Translations under genes and position numbers: made by a program | Assembly: GCA_035480035.1 (NCBI GenBank) | Contig: DATIID010000001.1 | Location: forward strand, 265,323-329,322 | DNA from: Candidatus Saccharimonadales bacterium | GTDB lineage: Bacteria; Patescibacteriota; Saccharimonadia; Saccharimonadales; OMJO01 | Direction of reading: 5' to 3' | DNA: 64,000 nucleotides | Shown: piece by piece, positions 55,149-63,186 of the stretch | Layout of the letters: every line of letters begins with the position of its first letter | Position numbering within the stretch: the stretch's first letter is position 1 | The notes under the pieces: generated by a model | Seen by the model: the letters and a program-made list of their open reading frames with translations, nothing else | Told to the model about the DNA's origin: nothing | Database searches by the model: none

Positions 55149-56618
55149 TTAAGTTTTGGCTGTGGATAAGTCAATTATTGGTTCAAAACTGGAATTAGCC
55201 AGTAAGACTTGGTCAGTTCGATGATGATCGGCGTCAGCAGTTTGGCTAGGTTGTCGGGCAATTCGTTTGGCAGTTCGATCAATTACTTCTGTTGGTACTG
55301 CTTTTAAGCGTGCATCGAGTAGCGACCAAGACAAGTCATCCAAATCAGTTTTTAACTGTTGGGGCGTAGCGCTCTGTTGATTGTTATATAAACGATCGAC
55401 ATATTTTCGTAACTCTGTTGCATCGCCAAAGCCAAGTGAAAACGTGTCAATTTGAGGTGTTGCCTTAGCTGAATTGGAGTCGTGGGCTTCCAAACCACTA
55501 ATCAGTGGGCTAACCTCACCAGCTAGCATTGGGTCGTAAAGATGGGGATAAGGCGTTTCTTCGTAACCCGGCTCATAACCACTGAAGTAAATCGGTGAGC
55601 GACCCCGAGTTTTGGCTAGAGCACCGACGGCTATATCGGTTAAATTGACAGGATAATCCAAGTTGTTGAGTGCTAGCATATTAAATTTTGATGGTTCAGC
55701 CTCTAGACTGGCAGCCAATAATAACTGGGCTGATTCACGCGATGACTGCAAATAAAATAAAATATCGGGTCCGTGCAGCCGGATGGGTGCTTCATCATCG
55801 ATCCAACCATGTAATTTTCGGCCAAACACTGAGTTATCGGCAACATGAGTAAAACGGGCTGACGAGATTAATGTATCGCCTTCTTGGGCAGCCGTTGACA
55901 TCAACCATTCACTAGCTTTTTTGGAGGCTGCATATGTATCAGGTGAATGAGGTCGTAAGGCTTTACCAGTCGATGCGTGGACGATTTGCGGAACACTCGC
56001 CTGCTTGGCCGCTTCAATAATGTTATTCGTACCCAATATATTGGTAGTTAGTGTCTCAGGAATTTGCTGCTCAGCAATACTTGGATGTTTTTGGGCAGCA
56101 AGATGATAAATAATATCCGGCTGAGTTTGCTCAATTACTGCTTTAACAGCTTCACCGTCAGATATGTCAGCATGCCAATACTCGGCCTGAATTGTTGGAT
56201 CGGCGACCGGTGTTTTGCCGCGCGTCAAACTGATTAGACGACCTGGGTTATAGCGTTCTAGTTCATGCATTAAAGCCGTGCCAATTTGCCCAGTACCACC
56301 AGTGACTAGGATAGTTTTGCCTTGATGTTTAGTTCGAACAGCTTGCTCGTCAAGATCAATGTGACGTTCACCAATTGTTCGATAACGGTCGTACTCATTG
56401 ACGGCATGGGCTCCAGTTACGCTTACCAACCGATCCGTTAAATTGCGAAGATAATCATGCTCGAGCGGGCTTAACTCTTCTTGACTAGGCATTACCTCGA
56501 GCATTCGATCAATGATTTGACCACGATTAACCAGTTCAGCGCTATCAACTATCGGCTCAGCATTCAGATCAATAGACACTGGCTCCATAGCAAGTCTTGG
56601 TGAGGCTTCCACATTCAT
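55149..56618 (-). CDS. extended-SDR nucleotide-sugar epimerase/dehydratase (CapD/WbpM-like core) with unique N- and C-terminal extensions
   Basis: 489 aa; TILVTGGTGQIG Rossmann motif, a YAASKKA catalytic YxxxK, and about 100 aa N-terminal and about 140 aa C-terminal regions without recognised motifs. Promoter TTGACC-17-TAAAAT ends 11 nt before the ATG. Confidence 0.75.
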   Translation of the reverse strand: MNVEASPRLAMEPVSIDLNAEPIVDSAELVNRGQIIDRMLEVMPSQEELSPLEHDYLRNLTDRLVSVTGAHAVNEYDRYRTIGERHIDLDEQAVRTKHQGKTILVTGGTGQIGTALMHELERYNPGRLISLTRGKTPVADPTIQAEYWHADISDGEAVKAVIEQTQPDIIYHLAAQKHPSIAEQQIPETLTTNILGTNNIIEAAKQASVPQIVHASTGKALRPHSPDTYAASKKASEWLMSTAAQEGDTLISSARFTHVADNSVFGRKLHGWIDDEAPIRLHGPDILFYLQSSRESAQLLLAASLEAEPSKFNMLALNNLDYPVNLTDIAVGALAKTRGRSPIYFSGYEPGYEETPYPHLYDPMLAGEVSPLISGLEAHDSNSAKATPQIDTFSLGFGDATELRKYVDRLYNNQQSATPQQLKTDLDDLSWSLLDARLKAVPTEVIDRTAKRIARQPSQTADADHHRTDQVLLANSSFEPIIDLSTAKT

Positions 56619-56691
56619 TATTAAGTAGTATTTTACCTTATTTGTGCCAGTTGGTCAATATTCTAGTTTGATAGCTTTTTAGATAATGTAC

Positions 56692-56720
56692 TGGACAAAA
56701 TCGCTCATTGGTAGTATATT
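56692..56720 (+). promoter_or_regulatory. sigma70-type promoter of the LPXTG mini-gene
   Basis: TGGACA (56692-56697), 17-nt spacer, TATATT (56715-56720). The leader carries palindrome TGCGAA-T-TTCGCA (56734-56746) and SD GGAGAG. Confidence 0.6.
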
Positions 56721-56771
56721 AACTTAAAAGGGTTGCGAATTTCGCAGCTTATTTATTTAAGGAGAGATTAA

Positions 56772-56963
56772 ATGTACGGAAAAGTCGCAGGTACTTCAAC
56801 AGTTATCACCGGTGCAGCTGGTGTTAAATTATTGCCTAACACTGGCGGCACCCGCGTTATGTTTATCGTATCAGTTACTTTGTTAACTGTCGGTGTGGTA
56901 ATGTTTGCCTTATCAGCTTTCGGCGCCTTAAAGCGTCGGGTTTACAATTTTTTGTATTCTTAA
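56772..56963 (+). CDS. 63-aa protein consisting essentially of an LPXTG sortase sorting signal
   Basis: MYGKVAGTSTVITGAAGVKL-LPNTG-GTRVMFIVSVTLLTVGVVMFALSAFGAL-KRRVYNFLYS is motif, hydrophobic helix and basic tail. It has its own promoter, a strong SD and a strong terminator, but no N-terminal signal peptide. Confidence 0.7.
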   Translation: MYGKVAGTSTVITGAAGVKLLPNTGGTRVMFIVSVTLLTVGVVMFALSAFGALKRRVYNFLYS

Positions 56964-56971
56964 ATCTAAAT

Positions 56972-57022
56972 AAAAAAAACTTAGCCCAACTGTTCGACAC
57001 GATCAAGTTGGGCTATTTTATT
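56972..57022. terminator. bidirectional rho-independent terminator
   Basis: An A8 run (56972-56979) precedes the 10-bp stem TAGCCCAACT (56982-56991) / AGTTGGGCTA (57006-57015), which is followed by TTTTATT. Confidence 0.8.
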
Positions 57023-57159
57023 ACCTTGACGGCTAAGAAGGTTATATAAACCTGATACAGTAAATAAACCACGGTGATTACAAACAAACTGCCACCACCC
57101 AAGCGTTTAGCAAACCGTTTGAGACGTGGTTTTAGTTGCGTTGGTAGCTCGTAGTTCAT
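57013..57159 (-). CDS. 48-aa single-TM protein, translationally coupled to the GT2 synthase (not in the ORF track)
   Basis: Own translation: MNYELPTQLKPRLKRFAKRLGGGSLFVITVVYLLYQVYITFLAVKVIK*. The ATG overlaps the GT2 TGA (ATGA, 57156-57159), and the stop lies in the terminator stem. Confidence 0.55.
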   Translation of the reverse strand: MNYELPTQLKPRLKRFAKRLGGGSLFVITVVYLLYQVYITFLAVKVIK

Positions 57160-58457
57160 ATAGCTACATCCTTCAAGGCATTGGCATCAAGTGCAAAACG
57201 ACGACCTTCGGTGCCCCAACCAACAGTGTGGCTTTTGAAACGCTTTAAGATGATAATTTCGATAAATGCCCAGATAAAAATGCCCATCTCAACCCACCTC
57301 AGAAAGTAGTAGTACGGTAAGGCTTTAAGAATTGATAGACGTTTAGTCACAGTCGACGAAAAGATAGCCAGAACTGATACAACTAAGAAATCAGCTGCTA
57401 AAACACCTAACAATATCTCCCAACGACCGGTTTTATAGATCAGATAAGGCACAACTATACCCATTTCAATGACATAGGTTAAGAATTGGAACAAGACGTA
57501 GCCAATACTTAGATCTATCAACTGCAAACGTTGGCCAATCTTATAATTACGAATGCATTGGAAGAAACCGCGTTGCCACCTCAAAGTTTGTTTACAAAAA
57601 TCGCGTAGCGTTTGCGGATCCTGGGTATAATTAACTGCTTGAGTAATGAACATAATACGGCCCAGTTTCTTGCGGTGAATCTGCAGCGTCAGGTCAAAAT
57701 CTTCGGTGATGGTACCAGTCAAAAAGTCTAGTTTGCTCAAAATATCAGTCCGAAAACAGGTGGTTGGTCCAGGCAAAACCGCAATCATGCCAAACCATGA
57801 CTGCCAACGCCGGATAACTTGCTGGCCGTAAGTGTAAGAAAAAGCCCGGTAGTTGGCAATCCAGTTGCCGCGCAAACTCTGGACAAAGCCAACAGCTGCC
57901 ACATATTTACCTTCTTTTAGAGCAGCTCGATAGATATTAAAATAATTTTCACCAAAGACGCTGTCAGCATCGCTAACATGTAGCCATTGATAACGTTTTT
58001 CAAAGTCAAAATGTTTAATGGCATGATAAATCGCCTTGGCTTTACCGCTACGCTCCACTGTTAACACGTTACTTTCACCGAGCATTGCGACAGCCTGAAA
58101 CCATGTGGCATCAGTCGAGGCATCATCGACAACGTAAATATCGGCTTTGTCCATCCCGGCATTTATGGCCGTTTGAATGGTAGTTTGGATGATTAACTCT
58201 TCGTTATGGCCAGGCAGTAATAGTGCTAATTTACGTTTTTCGGGTTGAGTTGGCTTGTTGAAGCCGACAAAGGTAGCTAACCGTTTAATCCAGCCATTAT
58301 TATCAAAGTTACGAACCGAACGCAGTGGCGGCAACGAATAGTTATGCCTGGGTAAATCGGCTTGACCACGGCTTGAAACATACCTTTCATCAGGTACAGA
58401 GAAATCATTGCGACGCCGAATTGCAACCGGTTCGCGCACCTCATAGCCACTATCCAT
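57156..58457 (-). CDS. processive family-2 glycosyltransferase (PgaC/IcaA/chitin-synthase-like)
   Basis: 433 aa; VVDDASTD, the HVSDADS (DxD) motif, TEDFDLT, and KQTLRWQRG (the QxxRW motif), plus C-terminal TM helices. A TATAAT box lies 7 nt before the ATG. Confidence 0.85.
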   Translation of the reverse strand: MDSGYEVREPVAIRRRNDFSVPDERYVSSRGQADLPRHNYSLPPLRSVRNFDNNGWIKRLATFVGFNKPTQPEKRKLALLLPGHNEELIIQTTIQTAINAGMDKADIYVVDDASTDATWFQAVAMLGESNVLTVERSGKAKAIYHAIKHFDFEKRYQWLHVSDADSVFGENYFNIYRAALKEGKYVAAVGFVQSLRGNWIANYRAFSYTYGQQVIRRWQSWFGMIAVLPGPTTCFRTDILSKLDFLTGTITEDFDLTLQIHRKKLGRIMFITQAVNYTQDPQTLRDFCKQTLRWQRGFFQCIRNYKIGQRLQLIDLSIGYVLFQFLTYVIEMGIVVPYLIYKTGRWEILLGVLAADFLVVSVLAIFSSTVTKRLSILKALPYYYFLRWVEMGIFIWAFIEIIILKRFKSHTVGWGTEGRRFALDANALKDVAI

Positions 58458-58513
58458 GAAGCTTATTATACCGTTTTTTTACTTATTTAGCAACTTTGTA
58501 CTGTGGTAATTAT

Positions 58514-59092
58514 CTAAACCAGATATTTATGGAGGATCTGGAGTATTCGATCATGGTGAGTTGAGTAAAAAACCAGATTAAAAACTAGTAATAAGGGGAA
58601 AACGCCAAACGTTTCTACAATATGCCCGGTGGTCAGTCGCAATGATTTAAGTGGTGGAAAGCCAAATTTAATTGGGATGGGTAGCAGCCACGGTACACCT
58701 TGTTTGGTAAAGCTGTCCATTACCAGATGAGATAAGGCGCCGATCATAAATGCCCACCAAACCAAACCAATATCAATACCATGCATTATTGGATGGAGCC
58801 AGACTAACAGCCAATGAGCACCGTAACCGACTAATGCCAAACCAAACAACGAATGGGTAATAAACCGGTGTCCACCCAGTAATTTGTCAATAAATTTGCC
58901 GAAGAAACCACCGACCGGTAGGTTGCGCCAAAAAGGCGCGGTTGGCTGGTCAATATCCGGTGTAATACCGCCAATCAAATTGGCAAGCACCGCTGCAATT
59001 AGAGTTGTCAGGGTAATTAGCTGTTCCGGTCGAACAACAAAAACCACTCCCAGCGCTGTTACGGCAGCTAAATCATGAGTTCGAGCAGTCAT
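58514..59092 (-). CDS. YdjM/DUF457-type membrane-bound metal-dependent hydrolase
   Basis: 192 aa, polytopic; THDLAA, ITPDIDQP, HRFITHS and SHLVMDSFTKQGVPWLLP motifs. Confidence 0.7.
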   Translation of the reverse strand: MTARTHDLAAVTALGVVFVVRPEQLITLTTLIAAVLANLIGGITPDIDQPTAPFWRNLPVGGFFGKFIDKLLGGHRFITHSLFGLALVGYGAHWLLVWLHPIMHGIDIGLVWWAFMIGALSHLVMDSFTKQGVPWLLPIPIKFGFPPLKSLRLTTGHIVETFGVFPLLLVFNLVFYSTHHDRILQILHKYLV

Positions 59093-59097
59093 GTCTA

Positions 59098-59733
59098 TTA
59101 GAGGCTTGTAACACTTTTTTGCGTGCTGTCTGACAGCGTATAAGTCAAAGTAAATTTAGTACACTCGTTACCGGGTGTGTTGTCGCATGCCGAGCCATCA
59201 TCTTTGATGGGCGCATAGCCATACTGAGTTGTGGTCGAGGAAGCCAGGAATTGGTTCGACGTACCGTCAGGGTCTTTTGTTGCTTCTTTGTCTAATCCCT
59301 TGAGGTTGGCAGCTATCCAGGCAGCGTCATTCATGTTAGCGAAGGTTGGGTACATCGCATTGTTAGCATTGAAAGTCTCTAGGTGACTGGCCACGGCTTT
59401 GATGTCGGTTTCTCGCTCTGTGTCTTTAGCGTTAGCAGCTATTAGGTCACCAGAGCTAGTATCAGTCGCTGTATTCGCGGCCGATTGTAAATCTTGAATT
59501 TTTTTATCATCGTCCGATAGCTGTTTATTAAGTTTGGTAATAGTGCCGTTTAGGTCATTAACTTTGGACTGTTGCATGAACCAAACACCACCTATGGCCG
59601 CCGCAATTAACACCACGACGAGCACGATCATGATTAGTTTCTTCTTGGATTTGGGCGGTGCCGGGTAGCCACCAGGTGGCGGGAAACCATCAGACGCATA
59701 GCCGTATTGTTGAAAGTTTTTTTGTGGGTTCAT
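59098..59733 (-). CDS. bitopic membrane protein with a pilin/pseudopilin-head-like ectodomain (paralog A)
   Basis: A P/G/Y-rich N-terminus, one TM and a coiled linker are followed by ERETDIKAVASHLETFNANNAMYP...KDP...YGY...C-x7-C-TKFTLTYTL. Start moved to ATG 59733 (GAGGT SD, TATAAT at fwd 59755-59750); the track GTG at 59748 is too close to the -10. Confidence 0.65.
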   Translation of the reverse strand: MNPQKNFQQYGYASDGFPPPGGYPAPPKSKKKLIMIVLVVVLIAAAIGGVWFMQQSKVNDLNGTITKLNKQLSDDDKKIQDLQSAANTATDTSSGDLIAANAKDTERETDIKAVASHLETFNANNAMYPTFANMNDAAWIAANLKGLDKEATKDPDGTSNQFLASSTTTQYGYAPIKDDGSACDNTPGNECTKFTLTYTLSDSTQKSVTSL

Positions 59734-59833
59734 TTTTACCTCTAGCACGATTATACCTTAAGCACTATAATTGCGTAACAATTTGCTATAGCCGTCAGTT
59801 ATCGTTGATGTTAGAGTAGTCCTAGGAACTATC

Positions 59834-60646
59834 ATGGATCAAGATGATTCACCTCTAGGCGGACCTTTGGAATTACCCGGCGAAGAATCGCCGTCGACTC
59901 ACCCTGTTAATAAATCACCACGCCGCTTTAACCCGAAAATATTAATCATTATTCTATTAGTCATTGTCGGCTTAGCTGGAGTTGGTTTTGGCGCTTATAA
60001 ACTCATGCATAAGTCGAAACCGAAAAATACTACTCCTACTTCGACAAGTTCTAACTCCACCACCACTTCTCAAGAGCCAACAGTCACCGATGTACCGACC
60101 GTAACCGGCACCAAGGACTATAAAAATACTAGTCTGGGTGTCGAGCTGACCTATCCGGATGGCTGGCAAATCACCGTCAGCGACAAGGCATCTGACGGCA
60201 TCAAACTAGAATCCCCAACCTTTAATTATGAAACCACCGATGTCGGTATCGTATCGGGGAATTTTCGAGTCTATATTCGAGCTGGGGCACGTCCAGTCGA
60301 TAGCAAGTACATCGGTCGCGGCGTGGCCATAACAAGCTCACAGCCTTTAACCTACACCTCGCCATTAGCCACCCAGCGCAAAACTACTAATTTATCACTG
60401 TTTGGTCTCGACACACCCGACCAGTTCGCCTTTTTCTTGATTGCCGGTAATTTCAACCTGAAAAAGGGCGACACGTTGGGCCCAAACTACGGTAAAGAAC
60501 CAGAAACTATTTTAGTCACCGGCGGTTATTCAGCCAAAGAGTTAAAAGATGATTTTCAAACTAACCAAGTACCGTTAAGTAGTTATAGTAGTACTAATGC
60601 TTACAAACAAGCCATCGATATCGTTAAATCTTTGAAACTTCAGTAA
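59834..60646 (+). CDS. hypothetical bitopic surface protein
   Basis: 270 aa with an acidic N-terminus, a TM (ILIIILLVIVGLAGVGFGAY), an S/T-rich linker, and a beta-rich ectodomain containing YPDGW. Confidence 0.6.
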   Translation: MDQDDSPLGGPLELPGEESPSTHPVNKSPRRFNPKILIIILLVIVGLAGVGFGAYKLMHKSKPKNTTPTSTSSNSTTTSQEPTVTDVPTVTGTKDYKNTSLGVELTYPDGWQITVSDKASDGIKLESPTFNYETTDVGIVSGNFRVYIRAGARPVDSKYIGRGVAITSSQPLTYTSPLATQRKTTNLSLFGLDTPDQFAFFLIAGNFNLKKGDTLGPNYGKEPETILVTGGYSAKELKDDFQTNQVPLSSYSSTNAYKQAIDIVKSLKLQ

Positions 60647-60665
60647 TTATGGTATAATATAGTTT

Positions 60666-60911
60666 ATGAATAGTTTTGAAAGACCCCTAGATTTGGTTGA
60701 AGAGCTCTTCCCCAGTGAAGAATCAATTGATAGCATACGAGAATCAAAGCCCGGTTTTATCACCCCAGAAACTCATCCTCACGCTACACCTAGTGAGATT
60801 AGACGTAGTTATGAGACTGACACTTATGAAACCGGACCAGATACAGTGCCGACGGTGGACGATCTAGTTTTAGTTTCTAAAATCGGTCGTTTTATTCGAC
60901 GACAAAAATAA
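60666..60911 (+). CDS. small acidic hypothetical protein (81 aa)
   Basis: An extended -10 (TGgTATAAT, 60650-60658) lies 7 nt before the ATG. There is no TM or signal peptide, and the tail is basic (RFIRRQK). Confidence 0.5.
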   Translation: MNSFERPLDLVEELFPSEESIDSIRESKPGFITPETHPHATPSEIRRSYETDTYETGPDTVPTVDDLVLVSKIGRFIRRQK

Positions 60912-61141
60912 TGGAAAACATCAATAACAATCAAGGCGAAGATAATGTATTAGACCGGGTTTTCGGTGGCGAGCCAGAAGTCAGCGAAGAAGCATTAGAC
61001 AATTATTGCCGTAATAAAAATCCTTATGTCGCCTCCGCCAGGTCATTTTCGGCTCGCAATAATGCTACCGCCAATGCAGATACAGCTACAGATACCGATA
61101 TTAACCCTTTGATCGACGACTACCTAGACGATTTAGTTTAA
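60911..61141 (+). CDS. small acidic hypothetical protein (76 aa)
   Basis: The start overlaps the upstream stop (TAATG). Asp/Glu/Asn-rich, with no TM. Confidence 0.5.
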   Translation: MENINNNQGEDNVLDRVFGGEPEVSEEALDNYCRNKNPYVASARSFSARNNATANADTATDTDINPLIDDYLDDLV

Positions 61142-61146
61142 CTTTA

Positions 61147-61812
61147 TTACCTTGTGCTAGTACTGTCGGCCGGCGCTGAAGTTGGATTACTCTTAACACT
61201 TTTCTGAGTGCCGTTTTCTAGAGTGTACGTTAGGGTGAATGTCACACAGGCGTTAGTGTCGCCATTGTCGCAATCTTGACCGCTTGAATTCAGCGGACGA
61301 TAGCCGTATTGGCCTTTGACTGAGGTTTCGGCAAAATCGTAACCAGATCCAGATGGATCGCGTGTCAATTCTTTTTGCAGACCCGGCATGCTATTAGATA
61401 TCCATGTGGGATCGTTTAAATCAGCGAGTGCTGGATAGTAGGTGTTATTTTGGTAGAAAAGTTCAAGTAAAGTATCGATTGACTTTATATCTGTTACGCG
61501 CTCAGAATCCCGACCAGCAGCTGTTGGATCTTTTTGGCTAGTCGGGGTGTTTGAAGCCGCTGGATTTTGATTCCCAGTTGAATTGGATGACGTATTGTTT
61601 TTATTTCCAGACGCTAGTGCCCAAACTACTCCTGCGGCCAAGATCAACAAGAGTACGGCGGCTACGATAATGAATTTTTTTGGAGATCTCGACTTACCCA
61701 TTTGAGAGTAGGCTATCGACGGTTGTGAAGAATCGGGACTAGTTGGTAATGCCTGTCCGCTAGAGTATTGAGACATGTCGTCAATAGGATTCTTGGCTTT
61801 GTTATTAAGCAT
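61147..61812 (-). CDS. bitopic membrane protein with a pilin/pseudopilin-head-like ectodomain (paralog B)
   Basis: 221 aa; same architecture as 59098-59733: SERVTDIKSIDTLLELFYQNNTYYP...RDP...YGY...C-x7-C-VTFTLTYTL...TQKSV. A TAATAT box lies 6 nt before the ATG. Confidence 0.65.
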   Translation of the reverse strand: MLNNKAKNPIDDMSQYSSGQALPTSPDSSQPSIAYSQMGKSRSPKKFIIVAAVLLLILAAGVVWALASGNKNNTSSNSTGNQNPAASNTPTSQKDPTAAGRDSERVTDIKSIDTLLELFYQNNTYYPALADLNDPTWISNSMPGLQKELTRDPSGSGYDFAETSVKGQYGYRPLNSSGQDCDNGDTNACVTFTLTYTLENGTQKSVKSNPTSAPADSTSTR

Positions 61813-61919
61813 ATAAATATATTAATTCTTACGTTAAATAATATATCAATTATGTGGCTATGTTGATATAGCTTAAGTTTTTCAGCTGTTTGTCAGTTTG
61901 ATATTCTATAAACACTATT

Positions 61920-62396
61920 ATGGTAAAAGATGAAGATTTAAATAAGGCAAGTACTGCTCATGATCATGACCATTATCATGGTATGTACGCCCACCACCAT
62001 GGCCACAAGCTTTTGTTAGCCTTGGTAGGTGTTTTAGTTTTATTAATGGTTTTTTGTTTTGGTATGGCGGCTCAGCGGGTTCACCGCGAACCGGCGATGA
62101 CTTTTGGCAAGTTCGGCGGTATTGGTATGACAGGGCCACGTAGTGTACATATGGGTCGAGGCTTCGGCTTTAACAATCCAAACGCAGCGGCGTTGACCGG
62201 CAAAGTGACAGCGGTTAATGGCACTAGTTTTACGCTTGATCAAAACGGCTCCAGTAAAACAATCAAGACTGATGACAAAACCGCCTTTGGCGGCGTTGGC
62301 ATCAACGGCTTGAAGACCAATGACCAAGTCACCATTGTTGGTACTACCAACTCCGACGGCTCCGTCCAAGCTTCTGACGTCAGAGTAATCAATTAG
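61920..62396 (+). CDS. His-rich, membrane-anchored protein with a DUF5666-like beta domain
   Basis: 158 aa; AHDHDHYHGMYAHHHGH, then a TM, then GKVTAVNGTSFTLDQNGSSKTIKTDDKT...NDQVTIVGTTNSDGSVQASDVRV. Confidence 0.6.
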   Translation: MVKDEDLNKASTAHDHDHYHGMYAHHHGHKLLLALVGVLVLLMVFCFGMAAQRVHREPAMTFGKFGGIGMTGPRSVHMGRGFGFNNPNAAALTGKVTAVNGTSFTLDQNGSSKTIKTDDKTAFGGVGINGLKTNDQVTIVGTTNSDGSVQASDVRVIN

Positions 62397-62794
62397 TTAT
62401 TGTATAGAGCTTTTCTCACAGCTATGTGGTTGAGAATACGGACATCGCTCTCAAGCTCGGGGTCTAATCTGATAAGCTGATCCATCTTCTTGTTATTTGG
62501 AGTTTTGGCAGCCATTAAGGCCAACTGGTCATCATCAGAGCATCTAACAAATCTGTATGTAATTTTTTGTTCTAAAATACCGCTTGGTTCAAGTTCAACA
62601 TATCGGCGCGACACCACATACAGGGAATCTTTAGCTAGTGTATACGGCGTAAAATCATAAGCTGCCCCAGGTAATGGGTCACTGCCAATCGATTCTAAAG
62701 ATTTATCCAATACAAGTTTAAGAGCACCGGCCAGCACGAAATCTTCAAATTCATCCATTTCACCATCGATTGATAAACGAGCAGTTTCAGACAT
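62393..62794 (-). CDS. hypothetical protein (133 aa)
   Basis: ORF with a TTAAAT box 7 nt before the ATG. No motif recognised. 4-nt convergent overlap with 61920-62396. Confidence 0.5.
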   Translation of the reverse strand: MSETARLSIDGEMDEFEDFVLAGALKLVLDKSLESIGSDPLPGAAYDFTPYTLAKDSLYVVSRRYVELEPSGILEQKITYRFVRCSDDDQLALMAAKTPNNKKMDQLIRLDPELESDVRILNHIAVRKALYNN

Positions 62795-62832
62795 GCAAGC
62801 AATTTAAACAATTTATATAAAAATTGGCAAGC

Positions 62833-63126
62833 TCAAGCTAGATGGCTTGTTAGCAGTGTTAACAACACCAAAATCCCTATTAACCGTCGAAAGTAATTAA
62901 TCCCGTTATAAACTTCGAGTACTGCCCAAATAATTAGGGCTAATAATGATATGTAACTCAGGCCAGAGCGCAGCCAATTAGTGTGAATAAACCAGTTGCC
63001 CACCATTGTCAGAAACCAGGTACTTAGATAGACGTTGGGTTTTTGCCAAATAACGAAATTGCCATGGCCATCTTCCCAGAATTTCTGGCTGAATGATTGA
63101 TTCTTTGGTCTCCGCTCTCTTACCAT
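62833..63126 (-). CDS. hypothetical small membrane protein (97 aa)
   Basis: Two or three Trp-rich hydrophobic helices. A TATAAT box (fwd 63138-63133) lies 6 nt before the ATG. Confidence 0.55.
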   Translation of the reverse strand: MVRERRPKNQSFSQKFWEDGHGNFVIWQKPNVYLSTWFLTMVGNWFIHTNWLRSGLSYISLLALIIWAVLEVYNGINYFRRLIGILVLLTLLTSHLA

Positions 63127-63186
63127 AAGCCAATTATACTCTTACTATTTAAGGTTTTAATCGTGCTTCTACTCTATAATAGTAGC

